Below the pieces are notes generated by a model. It was not told where the DNA came from, did not search any database, and saw only the letters and a list, made by a program, of their open reading frames with translations. A stretch of 64,000 nt of DNA. Source: Thermodesulfobacteriota bacterium (lineage in GTDB: Bacteria > Desulfobacterota > Desulfobulbia > Desulfobulbales > SURF-16). The stretch lies in the NCBI GenBank assembly GCA_040755455.1, contig JBFMAY010000006.1, positions 1 through 64,000 on the forward strand, in the 5' to 3' direction. Positions 48,101 through 56,019 of the stretch are shown here, in pieces. Position 1 is the stretch's first letter; each line of letters opens with the position of its first letter. The position numbers were made by a program, and so were the translations under genes.

Positions 48101-48232
48101 GGCCCCGGCAGGAAGGAGAGCTTCCCAGCCCTGGCAACCACCATGCAGCGGGTCAGGGCGCTTATTGAGGCCAGGTGCGGGACCGCAGGGAATGCGGAGG
48201 AGATGGGGAGCAATCACCTCCTGCCCCGTTGA
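45182..48232 (+). CDS. Fused MFS-like membrane / spermidine synthase-like protein
   Basis: SGAAALIYEVVW.R, LYGINTLGA, VLVVGLGTG, EIEP, DARNFL, DVITADP.HPW, CQWLP. Confidence 0.88.
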   Translation: MRQLLLSLVYLMFFFSGAAALIYEVVWVRSLSLIFGGTHLAVTTVLSVFMGGLALGSYHIGKRVDALKKPLRFYGLLELGIALSALGFIGLMQVYPAVYIFLVQGGENSNIYITCVRVIFAVVALIVPTTLMGGTLPVLIRFVTGSSAKIGTKLSLLYGINTLGAVAGTGVAGFFLLRFYSVSMTLYTAIAINTVIGVASILLQDKVAQGIISLAREEERRAQRPDVFRGRDILEPGAGNNLFSARLVLLGIGISGFCALGYEVLWTRILTLTIGTSVYGFCIMLVAFLTGIALGSEAYGLMRRLQPAGDRDRATPLILGFGLVQCTIGMAALVVTFYIRDLPTHSIQLSDYFLGRGLDVFQARQLANLALAFFYMVVPAFFMGLAFPLAGKVNIAYQRKIGRAVGGMMAYNTIGAILGSAVSGFFMIYVFGIERSLQMLTGINFGFGLLVIASLHNRKALNLAIVGATLAMMLLLIARPDALRMWNAKYFAIFQNNKAQSYDSPAKKQDALDNTDVLFYHEGVNSTISSIKIKGGNQALLVNGKVVASATLKDRQCQLTLGHLPMLLHKNPKRVLVVGLGTGMTLGATSIHPGVEELTLAEIEPNVVGAARTFARYNNNVLDDPKLRIVFNDARNFLMTTKKRFDVITADPIHPWTQGAGYLYTAAYFKLAAEHLLPGGIMCQWLPIYELSVADLQSVVKTFSINFRYTMAWLTQYDAQLIGSDSPIIIDEEELQRRISFTAINEDLNPVMMGSAADFLSYFVLGKNGMEEFAADGIINTDDNLYLEFSTPVSVGINRMGENVEAIYQHRESILPYLRAAEDKTARKQQTGRWEEVGRAAEIADRAHALMLSGGYKTAEFQNLMAKLDRQYSAFSPGRFIRQEYEEEVLKIPTLLDRLPLTLANNAGEKVVVEISAVIARVSEERAALIFVDNAARIIFGQRYFSGIDADQNMYGFAREVLAAIRAVYLEQAGPGRKESFPALATTMQRVRALIEARCGTAGNAEEMGSNHLLPR

Positions 48233-48357
48233 GCGCGGTTGTTGTGGCGGATGGCCGGACGATTTCTTCCCCGGCACCCGGCGCTCGATATGACTCGCTG
48301 CCGGCTAGCAGGGAAGCCGCCGTCTCACTTGCAGTTAACCCCCGGAAGATTTGCCTG

Positions 48358-49257
48358 CTAGCGGAAAACCTGGACCCGGTTGTTGTTTCTGTCGGCGATA
48401 AAGGCATTGGTGCCGGTGATGCACATCGCGGCAGGATAGTTCAGCAGCCCCTCATTCCAGCCCATTCCCGCCTTTCTGCTGCGGAAAGAACCGTCCAGCC
48501 CGAGGAGAATAATGCTTCCGCCGTTCTGGTCGGTGACATAGAGGACTCCCCGGTTATCCGTGGTGATGCAGGTGGGAAAGCTGATATACTCCTGCATATT
48601 TTTTGACAGGGGGAGAAACTCCGCTGCCTCTTTGGCCGCGGAATAGACCATGGAGTTGGCGCTGTCAATCAGATAGACGCTCCCGCCATGATCCACCGTG
48701 AGGTCGGAGAAGAAGCCGGATTTTTTCGGAAAGGCGATCTGCCGCAGATAGTCACCCCGCGGGTTGAGCACGATCACCCGGCCGGAAAAGATATCGAGCA
48801 CGTAAATATTGTCCTGCTGATCAATTTTAAAACTCCTGGGAACAATGGTGGCGCCGGTGTCAGGCGGCACCCCTTTCAAGTCGAGATTACCCGCAAACTG
48901 TCCGTCTTTGTTCAGGCGGACTATGCGGCGGTTCTTGCCGTCCAGGGCAAAAATCTCTCCCTGGGAATTGATCTGCACCCTGATGGGATTGGTCAACTGG
49001 GGCATCTTGATCTGCGAAGCAAATTCAACGGCGTCGACCTTCACCGTGTACTGCAGAAGACGGTTATTGCCCGTGTCCGCGATCACCAGGGTATTTTCCG
49101 TGCAGGCCACGCCTTCCGGCTGCAGAAGCCCATGGCCCTCGCCGTCCGTATACACGGAGACCACCGGCTGAAAGAGTACAGCCTGCTCGGCAAATGATGC
49201 TGATGGTGCATACAGCGGCAACATGAGAAGAAGAGTCAATAGCAATTTTACCGGCAC
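48358..49257 (-). CDS. Secreted NHL-repeat beta-propeller
   Basis: Signal peptide; PEGVA..IADTGNNRL, YP....FIADRNNNRVQVF. Confidence 0.82.
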   Translation of the reverse strand: MPVKLLLTLLLMLPLYAPSASFAEQAVLFQPVVSVYTDGEGHGLLQPEGVACTENTLVIADTGNNRLLQYTVKVDAVEFASQIKMPQLTNPIRVQINSQGEIFALDGKNRRIVRLNKDGQFAGNLDLKGVPPDTGATIVPRSFKIDQQDNIYVLDIFSGRVIVLNPRGDYLRQIAFPKKSGFFSDLTVDHGGSVYLIDSANSMVYSAAKEAAEFLPLSKNMQEYISFPTCITTDNRGVLYVTDQNGGSIILLGLDGSFRSRKAGMGWNEGLLNYPAAMCITGTNAFIADRNNNRVQVFR

Positions 49258-49261
49258 TCGC

Positions 49262-50536
49262 TTACCTCCTGTATTCCTTGTGACAGTTCGTGCACATTTC
49301 CGTCTGGGTCGGAGAATGCAGCATTTTGCCGGCGTCCGTGCCGTGTGCCCGATGGCAGCTCTGGCAGGTCACCGTGAGATTCGGATTCCGAGGATCTTTG
49401 GCCTCGTCGCCGATGGGATGGGTGGAATGCTTCTGCCAGTCATGGCAGTCACCGCACACATCAATGACCGATGGTTTGTTCAGCAGCAGGATCTGATTGG
49501 ACGAATGGGCGGAATGGCAGGCCATGCATGTGCCCTGCTCAACAGGGGGATGCTTGCTTTTCGCTGCCTTCAGTTTGGCCACCGTGTCCACATGGCAGCG
49601 GCCGCACACTTCCTGCATCGGTCCCGCCAGCAGTCCTTCCTGGTCGGAGGCATGGGGATTGTGGCAGTTCAGACAGCCGTTGCGGTCAAGCAGCGGCCAG
49701 TGCAGACGGTTTTTGGTCAAGGCCTCATTGATCATGTCGTTGTGGCACCCGCGGCACAGTTCAAAGCCGCCGGCCTTCACCTTGAGAGGTGTGGGGGAAG
49801 ACGGCCCCTCATGGCACTGGTTGCATTTCTTGCTGGCAAAAGGCTCGTGCACCTTATCGTACAGCAGCCCCTTGTGGTTGGAGCCGTGCGGGTTATGGCA
49901 GGCGGTGCAGCGCGTGTTCGCCATGGGAAAGTTCATATGCTGCTTCTGGAAATTGATTTTCTCCGTGTCATGGCATTTGAGGCAAAGGGCGGGCACATTA
50001 TCCTTCAGCAGTTTGCCGGCGTTGGCCGAGGCGTGGGGATCATGGCAGTTGGCGCAGCCCTTTTCCACCGGCACATGCTTGAACTTGACCGCGGCAACAC
50101 GTTCAGCCAGGGCCTTGTGGCACTCACTGCAGAGTGTGCCGCCATCCTTGAGGAGATTGAATTTGTATTTCGCCCCATGGGGATCATGACAGTTCACGCA
50201 GTTGCCGTCGGCTGCAACCTTGTGAGTGCTCACCGGCTTGTCAGGAAAGACCTTGCTGTGGCAGCGGACACAGATATCCTTCGGGTCCGCATCCAGCAGC
50301 TTGCCATGGGATGCCGCATGGGGGTTGTGGCATCCGGTGCAGTCCCAGCTCTTTACCGGGGTATGCACAAAGGGATTTTTGAGAATTTCCTCAAAACCGT
50401 CGTGACAGTTCAGGCAGTTCTTGCCCGTGGCCCCGGGTTTGAGGTTGAACTTGCCCTCCGCATGGGTCAGAGACTGCCCGCCCAGACAGAAAATGAGAGC
50501 AAGGAATGGGATGATGAAATCGGGTCGCCAACGCAT
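49262..50536 (-). CDS. Periplasmic 16-heme cytochrome c
   Basis: Signal peptide; 16 CxxCH motifs counted, with CxxCHxPH doublets. Confidence 0.92.
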   Translation of the reverse strand: MRWRPDFIIPFLALIFCLGGQSLTHAEGKFNLKPGATGKNCLNCHDGFEEILKNPFVHTPVKSWDCTGCHNPHAASHGKLLDADPKDICVRCHSKVFPDKPVSTHKVAADGNCVNCHDPHGAKYKFNLLKDGGTLCSECHKALAERVAAVKFKHVPVEKGCANCHDPHASANAGKLLKDNVPALCLKCHDTEKINFQKQHMNFPMANTRCTACHNPHGSNHKGLLYDKVHEPFASKKCNQCHEGPSSPTPLKVKAGGFELCRGCHNDMINEALTKNRLHWPLLDRNGCLNCHNPHASDQEGLLAGPMQEVCGRCHVDTVAKLKAAKSKHPPVEQGTCMACHSAHSSNQILLLNKPSVIDVCGDCHDWQKHSTHPIGDEAKDPRNPNLTVTCQSCHRAHGTDAGKMLHSPTQTEMCTNCHKEYRR

Positions 50537-50547
50537 GGTTCGTCCTT

Positions 50548-52542
50548 TTATTTTTTCGTTACTTCATGGCACTCCGTGCAGTCTTTAGCGGCAAACGGAG
50601 GATGAACGTTATCCTTGAAGAACTTGGGATCCTTGGAAGCATGTGGATTATGGCAGCTCTTGCAGTCGATCACCGCCGGATCGATGTGAAGATGGGCGGC
50701 GGTAAAGGCCTCATCCTTCTGGTCGTGGCATTCTCCGCACAACGGCTGGATGGGCTGGAGCAGCAGGGAGGGCTGGGCCGCGGCATGGGGCTGATGGCAG
50801 GCCAGACAGTCTTTTTGAGCTGGCGGATGGACCTGCTCCTTGGCCATCTTTTCCTTCAGCTCTTTATGGCAGGCCAGACACAGGTCCGGAGTCTCAGCCA
50901 GGATCAGTTTGGCCAATTTGGACTGGTGGGGGTTGTGGCACTGGGTGCATTGGTCGGAAATCACCGGAGCATGTTTGCTTTTTCCTTGCTGCACGGCGGC
51001 CATTAGCTCTTCATGGCATGAGGCGCACAGTGTCCCCTGGTTTTCCGTGGTCATGCCGGTGAAATTGCTGCCATGGGCATCATGGCAGGTCATACACTCG
51101 CCATCGCCAAACGGGACATGGATGTTCTCCTCTCCGGCCCCTTTGATCAGTTTGTCATGACACTGCGCACACAATTTCTTGCCGGATTCCTTGAGCAGCT
51201 TTTCCTTGTCCGTGCCGTGGGCATTATGGCAGGCATTGCATGTCCCGTCACTCACCGGCGGATGGGTGTGGGATTTGATGAATTCCATTTTCTTCTCGGA
51301 ATGGCAGGTGTAACAGATCACGTCAAGCCGGTCGTTGAACATCTTGGCAAAATTGGAACCGTGGGGATTATGACAGGTGGTGCATGTCTCCTCGGTAAAA
51401 GCTATATGCACATTTTTGACCTTTTCCGCGGATCGGGTCTTGGCGTGGCACTGGAAGCAAAGCTCCTTGTCCTCCTTAAGGAGCAGCCCCTTGTTGGCCG
51501 CGGCATGGGGGGCATGGCAGGAAAGGCATCCCTTCTCGCCTGCCACTGGTTTATGGCCGACAGCCACAGCTTCCTCCTTTTCGCCATGACAGGTAAAGCA
51601 TACCTTGTTGCCCTGCTGCGCCATCAGCTTCGGACTTTCCGAGGCGTGCGGGTTGTGGCAGGAAAGGCACATGCCTTCCTGGAACGGGTTATGCTGAACG
51701 GTGCCCCCTGCCATCAAACTGTCGGCTTCGTGGCACTGGGAACAGAGTTCACCGTCCTTCTGCACGGTCTTGAAGGCATCCGCAGCGGTGGGTTCCTTAT
51801 GGCAGGAATCGCACTCATGCTTGGCAACCGGCTCATGGACGCTGGATTTCAAAAGCTTTGCCTGGGTGGAGGAGTGGGGATTATGGCAGAGAGTACAGCG
51901 CTTGGTCTCCACCGGATACTCGCCATGGGCCGCTTTGAAAGAGGTCTTGCCCGCCTCATGGCAGGTCAGGCAGAGCGGAACCTCCTCCTTGATCAGCAGA
52001 TTTTCGGCATCCGAGCCATGGGCCGAGTGGCAGGTTTGGCAGCCTTTCTCTTTAATGGCTTGATGAACAACGCCCTTTTCAAATTTCTCCTTGGCATGGC
52101 ACTGGTAACAGAATTCGCTGCCTTCGGCATTCAGCAGGTGGCTCGCCTGGGAGGCATGGGGGTTGTGGCATTGTGAACACTGGCCGCGCTGCAGCACGGT
52201 GTGAACATGGGGTTTGTCCATGCCGATGGTGTCTGCCGCATGGCAGTCGAAGCATATCTGGTTGCCCTGTTTCTTCAGGATGAGCTTGGTCACGATCCCG
52301 TGTTTGAGATGGCATTCCTCACATTTTTTTTCCTTAACCACGGGGTGGACATTTTTCATGGTAAGATACTGGTCGGCGAATTTCTTGTGGCAGTCGAGGC
52401 ACTCCTTTTTCGCGAACCCCATCTTTTCTGCAGCGTCGGCCGGCTGACCCGCGAAAATGAACACCCCCCACAGAACAGTCAGTGACAGCGATAAAAGAAT
52501 CCATTTTCCTTTTGAGTAAACCATTAGCATTTTTGACCCCAT
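50548..52542 (-). CDS. 26-heme cytochrome c
   Basis: Signal peptide or TM; 26 CxxCH motifs counted. Confidence 0.92.
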   Translation of the reverse strand: MGSKMLMVYSKGKWILLSLSLTVLWGVFIFAGQPADAAEKMGFAKKECLDCHKKFADQYLTMKNVHPVVKEKKCEECHLKHGIVTKLILKKQGNQICFDCHAADTIGMDKPHVHTVLQRGQCSQCHNPHASQASHLLNAEGSEFCYQCHAKEKFEKGVVHQAIKEKGCQTCHSAHGSDAENLLIKEEVPLCLTCHEAGKTSFKAAHGEYPVETKRCTLCHNPHSSTQAKLLKSSVHEPVAKHECDSCHKEPTAADAFKTVQKDGELCSQCHEADSLMAGGTVQHNPFQEGMCLSCHNPHASESPKLMAQQGNKVCFTCHGEKEEAVAVGHKPVAGEKGCLSCHAPHAAANKGLLLKEDKELCFQCHAKTRSAEKVKNVHIAFTEETCTTCHNPHGSNFAKMFNDRLDVICYTCHSEKKMEFIKSHTHPPVSDGTCNACHNAHGTDKEKLLKESGKKLCAQCHDKLIKGAGEENIHVPFGDGECMTCHDAHGSNFTGMTTENQGTLCASCHEELMAAVQQGKSKHAPVISDQCTQCHNPHQSKLAKLILAETPDLCLACHKELKEKMAKEQVHPPAQKDCLACHQPHAAAQPSLLLQPIQPLCGECHDQKDEAFTAAHLHIDPAVIDCKSCHNPHASKDPKFFKDNVHPPFAAKDCTECHEVTKK

Positions 52543-52570
52543 GGCTACGTTTGGATAGTCGGTTTGTTAT

Positions 52571-54247
52571 TTATTTTCCGAGATCAGCGAGATTCTCGAT
52601 ATAAATTTCCACCGTATAGAATTTTTTGAGTTTCTCGACCCATTCGTCCAGCGCCTGCTGCAGCTTCAACTTGAACACCTTTTCTTTGATGCCGTCACTC
52701 ACATCAGCCAGATCCTGGGGGACGGGCGCGACGATTTCCCCGATTGCCAGCACATATGAGCGTCCCTGGCCATCTGTATAGATTGTGAACTCTCCGGCTT
52801 TGCTGCCAGCCAGCATCTTCTGCATCTCATCAGGCAGGCTGGTCATGAGCAGCAGTTTGCCCTCAAATTTCAGCAGACCTGCCGTTTGCGGGTCCAACTG
52901 GCCCTCGGCATTGGCGGCAAGCCATTTAAAGTCGGTACCGGTTTTCATTTTCTGCAGAACCTGTTCGGCTCTGGTCTTGTCGGAGAAAACCAGGCTGTGG
53001 ATGCGGATCATGGGCGGGGTTGAATAGGAGGCGATATTTTCCTGGTAATATTGCTTGATGTCATTTTCATCAAGGTGAATGTCCGGGATGATGACTTTTT
53101 CGACAAAGGCCCCGAACAGCAGGGAGGTCTTGTATTCTTCCACGGTTTTCTTGAAGGCGTCGGTCTTATCAATGCCCTGCTGCAAGGCCTCTTTCAGTAA
53201 AATCCTGGTGGTCAGCATCTTGTAGAGCAAATCCTCTTTCTGCTGATTCAGCTTGCCCTTGCCGATGGCCTGCTCCACCCCATGGAAAAATTTCTTTTTG
53301 AGCTGTTCGCCCACCTCGCCCACGGTCACCGGGGCTTCCCCCTCAATGGTCGCCAGGGCGCGGGTGTCCTGCAGCATGGCCTCCAGGCCGGGCTCCTGGG
53401 CCTCGTAATCGATGTTTTTCAGCAACTCCTCATCGATTTTCGCATGTTTTTTCAGCAGGGTCTCGATGTAAGTCCTTTTGGCTTCATCCTTCTGCCGTTT
53501 CAGCACAGACGCCTCAATTCTTTGCTTGGCCTGGGCATCATCGGGATAACGGACTCCCTTGAGCTGCATGATCACGAAGCCGTCCTGGATCGGAATGACC
53601 TGGCTTACGGCGCCGGTCTCCATTTTCGCCAGAGCCTGGGCAATCTGCGGCAGCATGTTCTTCTGCTTGAAATATTCAGCCTCGGCGGTTCCCTTGGCCG
53701 TGCCATCGGCAATCGCCCTGGTTGTCACCGCAGCAAAGTCCTGGCCTGCCGCGATTTCCTTTGCCAGTTTTGTGGCACGCTCTTCTGTTTCCAGCTTTAT
53801 CGACTGGACGTAATACTCTTTGACCTCCTCCTTGTAGAGGGGGTCCACCTCTTTCTGGTCCGGCAGGAGGTCTTTGGTTTGTCTGTCAAGAAGAAGGGCG
53901 CCCATGCCCTGTTTGGAAAACTCGTCAATCCGCTGCTGATAAATGGGCATTTCGTCCAGGCCGATGTTCTTTGCCTCCAGCAGAATGAGTCTGGTGTTGA
54001 TGAGACGGGTCAGGGGGGCTTGGTAATCAATTTTCGTGGTTTTTTGGGTATCCTCCATATCCCCGTGGCCATGCAGGGCATAAAGGGCCTCGTTGAATTC
54101 TTCCAGGGTGATGGGTTCATCGTTGACCTTGGCGACGATTTCCTTGCCGTCCATCACTGGCAGCGTCTCTGCGGCCTGAGCCCACAAGGCACTTGTTGCG
54201 AGGAAAAGAGTGACCACCGCGCCGATAGATAAGGCAATTTGTTTCAT
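52571..54247 (-). CDS. Periplasmic parvulin/SurA-like PPIase chaperone (OscH-like)
   Basis: Signal peptide; VAKVNDEPIT; two SurA/parvulin-like repeats (GQDFAAV, GTDFKWLA). Confidence 0.8.
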   Translation of the reverse strand: MKQIALSIGAVVTLFLATSALWAQAAETLPVMDGKEIVAKVNDEPITLEEFNEALYALHGHGDMEDTQKTTKIDYQAPLTRLINTRLILLEAKNIGLDEMPIYQQRIDEFSKQGMGALLLDRQTKDLLPDQKEVDPLYKEEVKEYYVQSIKLETEERATKLAKEIAAGQDFAAVTTRAIADGTAKGTAEAEYFKQKNMLPQIAQALAKMETGAVSQVIPIQDGFVIMQLKGVRYPDDAQAKQRIEASVLKRQKDEAKRTYIETLLKKHAKIDEELLKNIDYEAQEPGLEAMLQDTRALATIEGEAPVTVGEVGEQLKKKFFHGVEQAIGKGKLNQQKEDLLYKMLTTRILLKEALQQGIDKTDAFKKTVEEYKTSLLFGAFVEKVIIPDIHLDENDIKQYYQENIASYSTPPMIRIHSLVFSDKTRAEQVLQKMKTGTDFKWLAANAEGQLDPQTAGLLKFEGKLLLMTSLPDEMQKMLAGSKAGEFTIYTDGQGRSYVLAIGEIVAPVPQDLADVSDGIKEKVFKLKLQQALDEWVEKLKKFYTVEIYIENLADLGK

Positions 54248-54278
54248 GTAATTCCTTTTGCGTTTTTTTTTGCACCAG

Positions 54279-55379
54279 TTAGTTGGCCATCATCGCAGCA
54301 ACGGACCGGGCCATCTGCGAGGCCACGTCGTTTGCCGTAGATACCCTGCCCACATCAAAAAAGAAGACCCCGTCCGAGCCCTTATTGTAACTTTTCGAAG
54401 CCCACACGATCTCGCGGCTGTTGTTGAAAAACATGACCGTGGAGAAATCGACGTAAGGAGAGCCCCATGGCCCCTGGGCATCCTGATAATCGAGAATTTT
54501 GCCGGAGAGGATAAGATCCACGTTCAGGTTGCTGAAGATGGCCGCAGCGCTGGGCAGGGATATTCCGTCATCCATGATAACCCTGAAACGAAGCAGCTCC
54601 TTGAAGACAACCCCGGGTTCCACCACCTCGAAATCCGGTAGATTCTGCAGTTCCTTGACAAAATGGAGCACCATGATCTCGCCGCCGTTTTTGCGGTCGC
54701 TGAGATTGAAAAAAGGCAGGACCGCCACCGCGAATTTTCGCTTTTCCTGCTCCATGGTAGGAGAACGGAAGGCAAGTTTCGGGCGGAATCTGCTTTTTGC
54801 CGCCGGCATCTCCCGCTCTCCTGCCAGGCTTTCCCGCAGCGCAGCCACCAGCGTATGCAGGGCTTTGTCCCGCAGCGCGTCGGCCTGCTCGATCAACCCC
54901 AAGCCGAGCAGGCCCGGCGCCTCATCGCCGGCTAGGCCCACGTTGTCGATCCAGCGGATCACCGGCGGGTCCGATGAGGAAACCAGCCGGCATGTCAGGG
55001 CGATTTTGGGCGGGAACTGCTCCACATAGAGTTCGAGGGTGGTAATGACCGTCGCCTCAGCCCCGGTCTCCTGATGCAGCGCCTGTGCCGTGTCGCCGTC
55101 GATGCCCCCCACATTGCGCACCCGGTGGCCGGTCATGAATGACTCCAGGGTCTTGTCGTCCAGGACCGCAAATCCCTGTTGCTGCAGAAGGTCAATCAGG
55201 GTTGCCCGGATCTTCTGCAGCGGCGCGGGAGTGCCGCTCAGGTTCTGGACGGGAAAAACGGCAAGCAGGGGGGGTGCGTTTGTATCCGCGGCTGTCTTGT
55301 CCGGCTGGTTTTGTCGAGCAGCAGCGCCACAGCCGCAAAGGAGGACAAGGACGGCCAGGAGGGTGGCTCTCCTAGCCAT
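54279..55379 (-). CDS. Lipoprotein with tandem CsgG/TolB-N-like domains
   Basis: Lipobox LCGC; LAVFPVQNLS and VAVLPFFNLS repeats; ATG overlaps upstream stop. Confidence 0.72.
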   Translation of the reverse strand: MARRATLLAVLVLLCGCGAAARQNQPDKTAADTNAPPLLAVFPVQNLSGTPAPLQKIRATLIDLLQQQGFAVLDDKTLESFMTGHRVRNVGGIDGDTAQALHQETGAEATVITTLELYVEQFPPKIALTCRLVSSSDPPVIRWIDNVGLAGDEAPGLLGLGLIEQADALRDKALHTLVAALRESLAGEREMPAAKSRFRPKLAFRSPTMEQEKRKFAVAVLPFFNLSDRKNGGEIMVLHFVKELQNLPDFEVVEPGVVFKELLRFRVIMDDGISLPSAAAIFSNLNVDLILSGKILDYQDAQGPWGSPYVDFSTVMFFNNSREIVWASKSYNKGSDGVFFFDVGRVSTANDVASQMARSVAAMMAN

Positions 55380-55941
55380 TATAAAGCAGATGGATAAGCT
55401 CAAGCACCGCCTCTTCAGTAATTTCATTCATGGGTTGGCCGCCTCCCCCCAGCAGCCGGTCTTTCATGTTGATTCCCCCTTTCGTGGTGGACCCTGTCCA
55501 GATAACCCTGCCTGTCTGCACCTCCATCATCTGCAGGCCGATGGAAATCACATTGGAAGAGGCAGTCCCTGATCTGACCTCGCCATACTCCCTGACCACC
55601 CCGGTGATAACGGCATCGGCGGCAAGGGCAACCCCCAGTTTCTGGATCTCCTCGGCAGACGGGGCAGTGCTGTCAACAAGCTGAACCCTGGAGATGCCTC
55701 GGGCCACCTCACCTGGGGGAAGCACGTAAAGACTGGCGGTGGCGAGCAGCATATTCATAAAGACATCGCGGACCCGGTCTTCGACTCTGGTGTGGCCGGT
55801 GAGATTGGCAAAAGGCATCACCGCCACAGTCTGAATGGAGCCGAAATCCATATTCGCGTCATGATACGTCGTGAGAGGCGCTGCCGTGCACGCCGCGAGG
55901 AAGGCAAGTACGATGGGCAGAATAATTTTTTTAAGCCACAC
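55372..55941 (-). CDS. Lipoprotein, CsgG/GNA1162-like fold
   Basis: GTG start after GGAGA; lipobox LAAC; VAVMPFANLT, ADAVITG.V..Y, TGRVIW. Confidence 0.75.
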   Translation of the reverse strand: MWLKKIILPIVLAFLAACTAAPLTTYHDANMDFGSIQTVAVMPFANLTGHTRVEDRVRDVFMNMLLATASLYVLPPGEVARGISRVQLVDSTAPSAEEIQKLGVALAADAVITGVVREYGEVRSGTASSNVISIGLQMMEVQTGRVIWTGSTTKGGINMKDRLLGGGGQPMNEITEEAVLELIHLLYNG

Positions 55942-56019
55942 GTTGCATTCTCCAATGATGATTCGATAAAACAATGCTTGCTGGTATACTCTCATTGTAG
56001 CATAGGCATTGGAAAATAA

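Noticed and set aside
49262..52542. Repetitive DNA (tggcag...gca) resembling an array
   Set aside because: Explained by repeated CxxCH codons; no constant repeat-spacer structure, so not CRISPR
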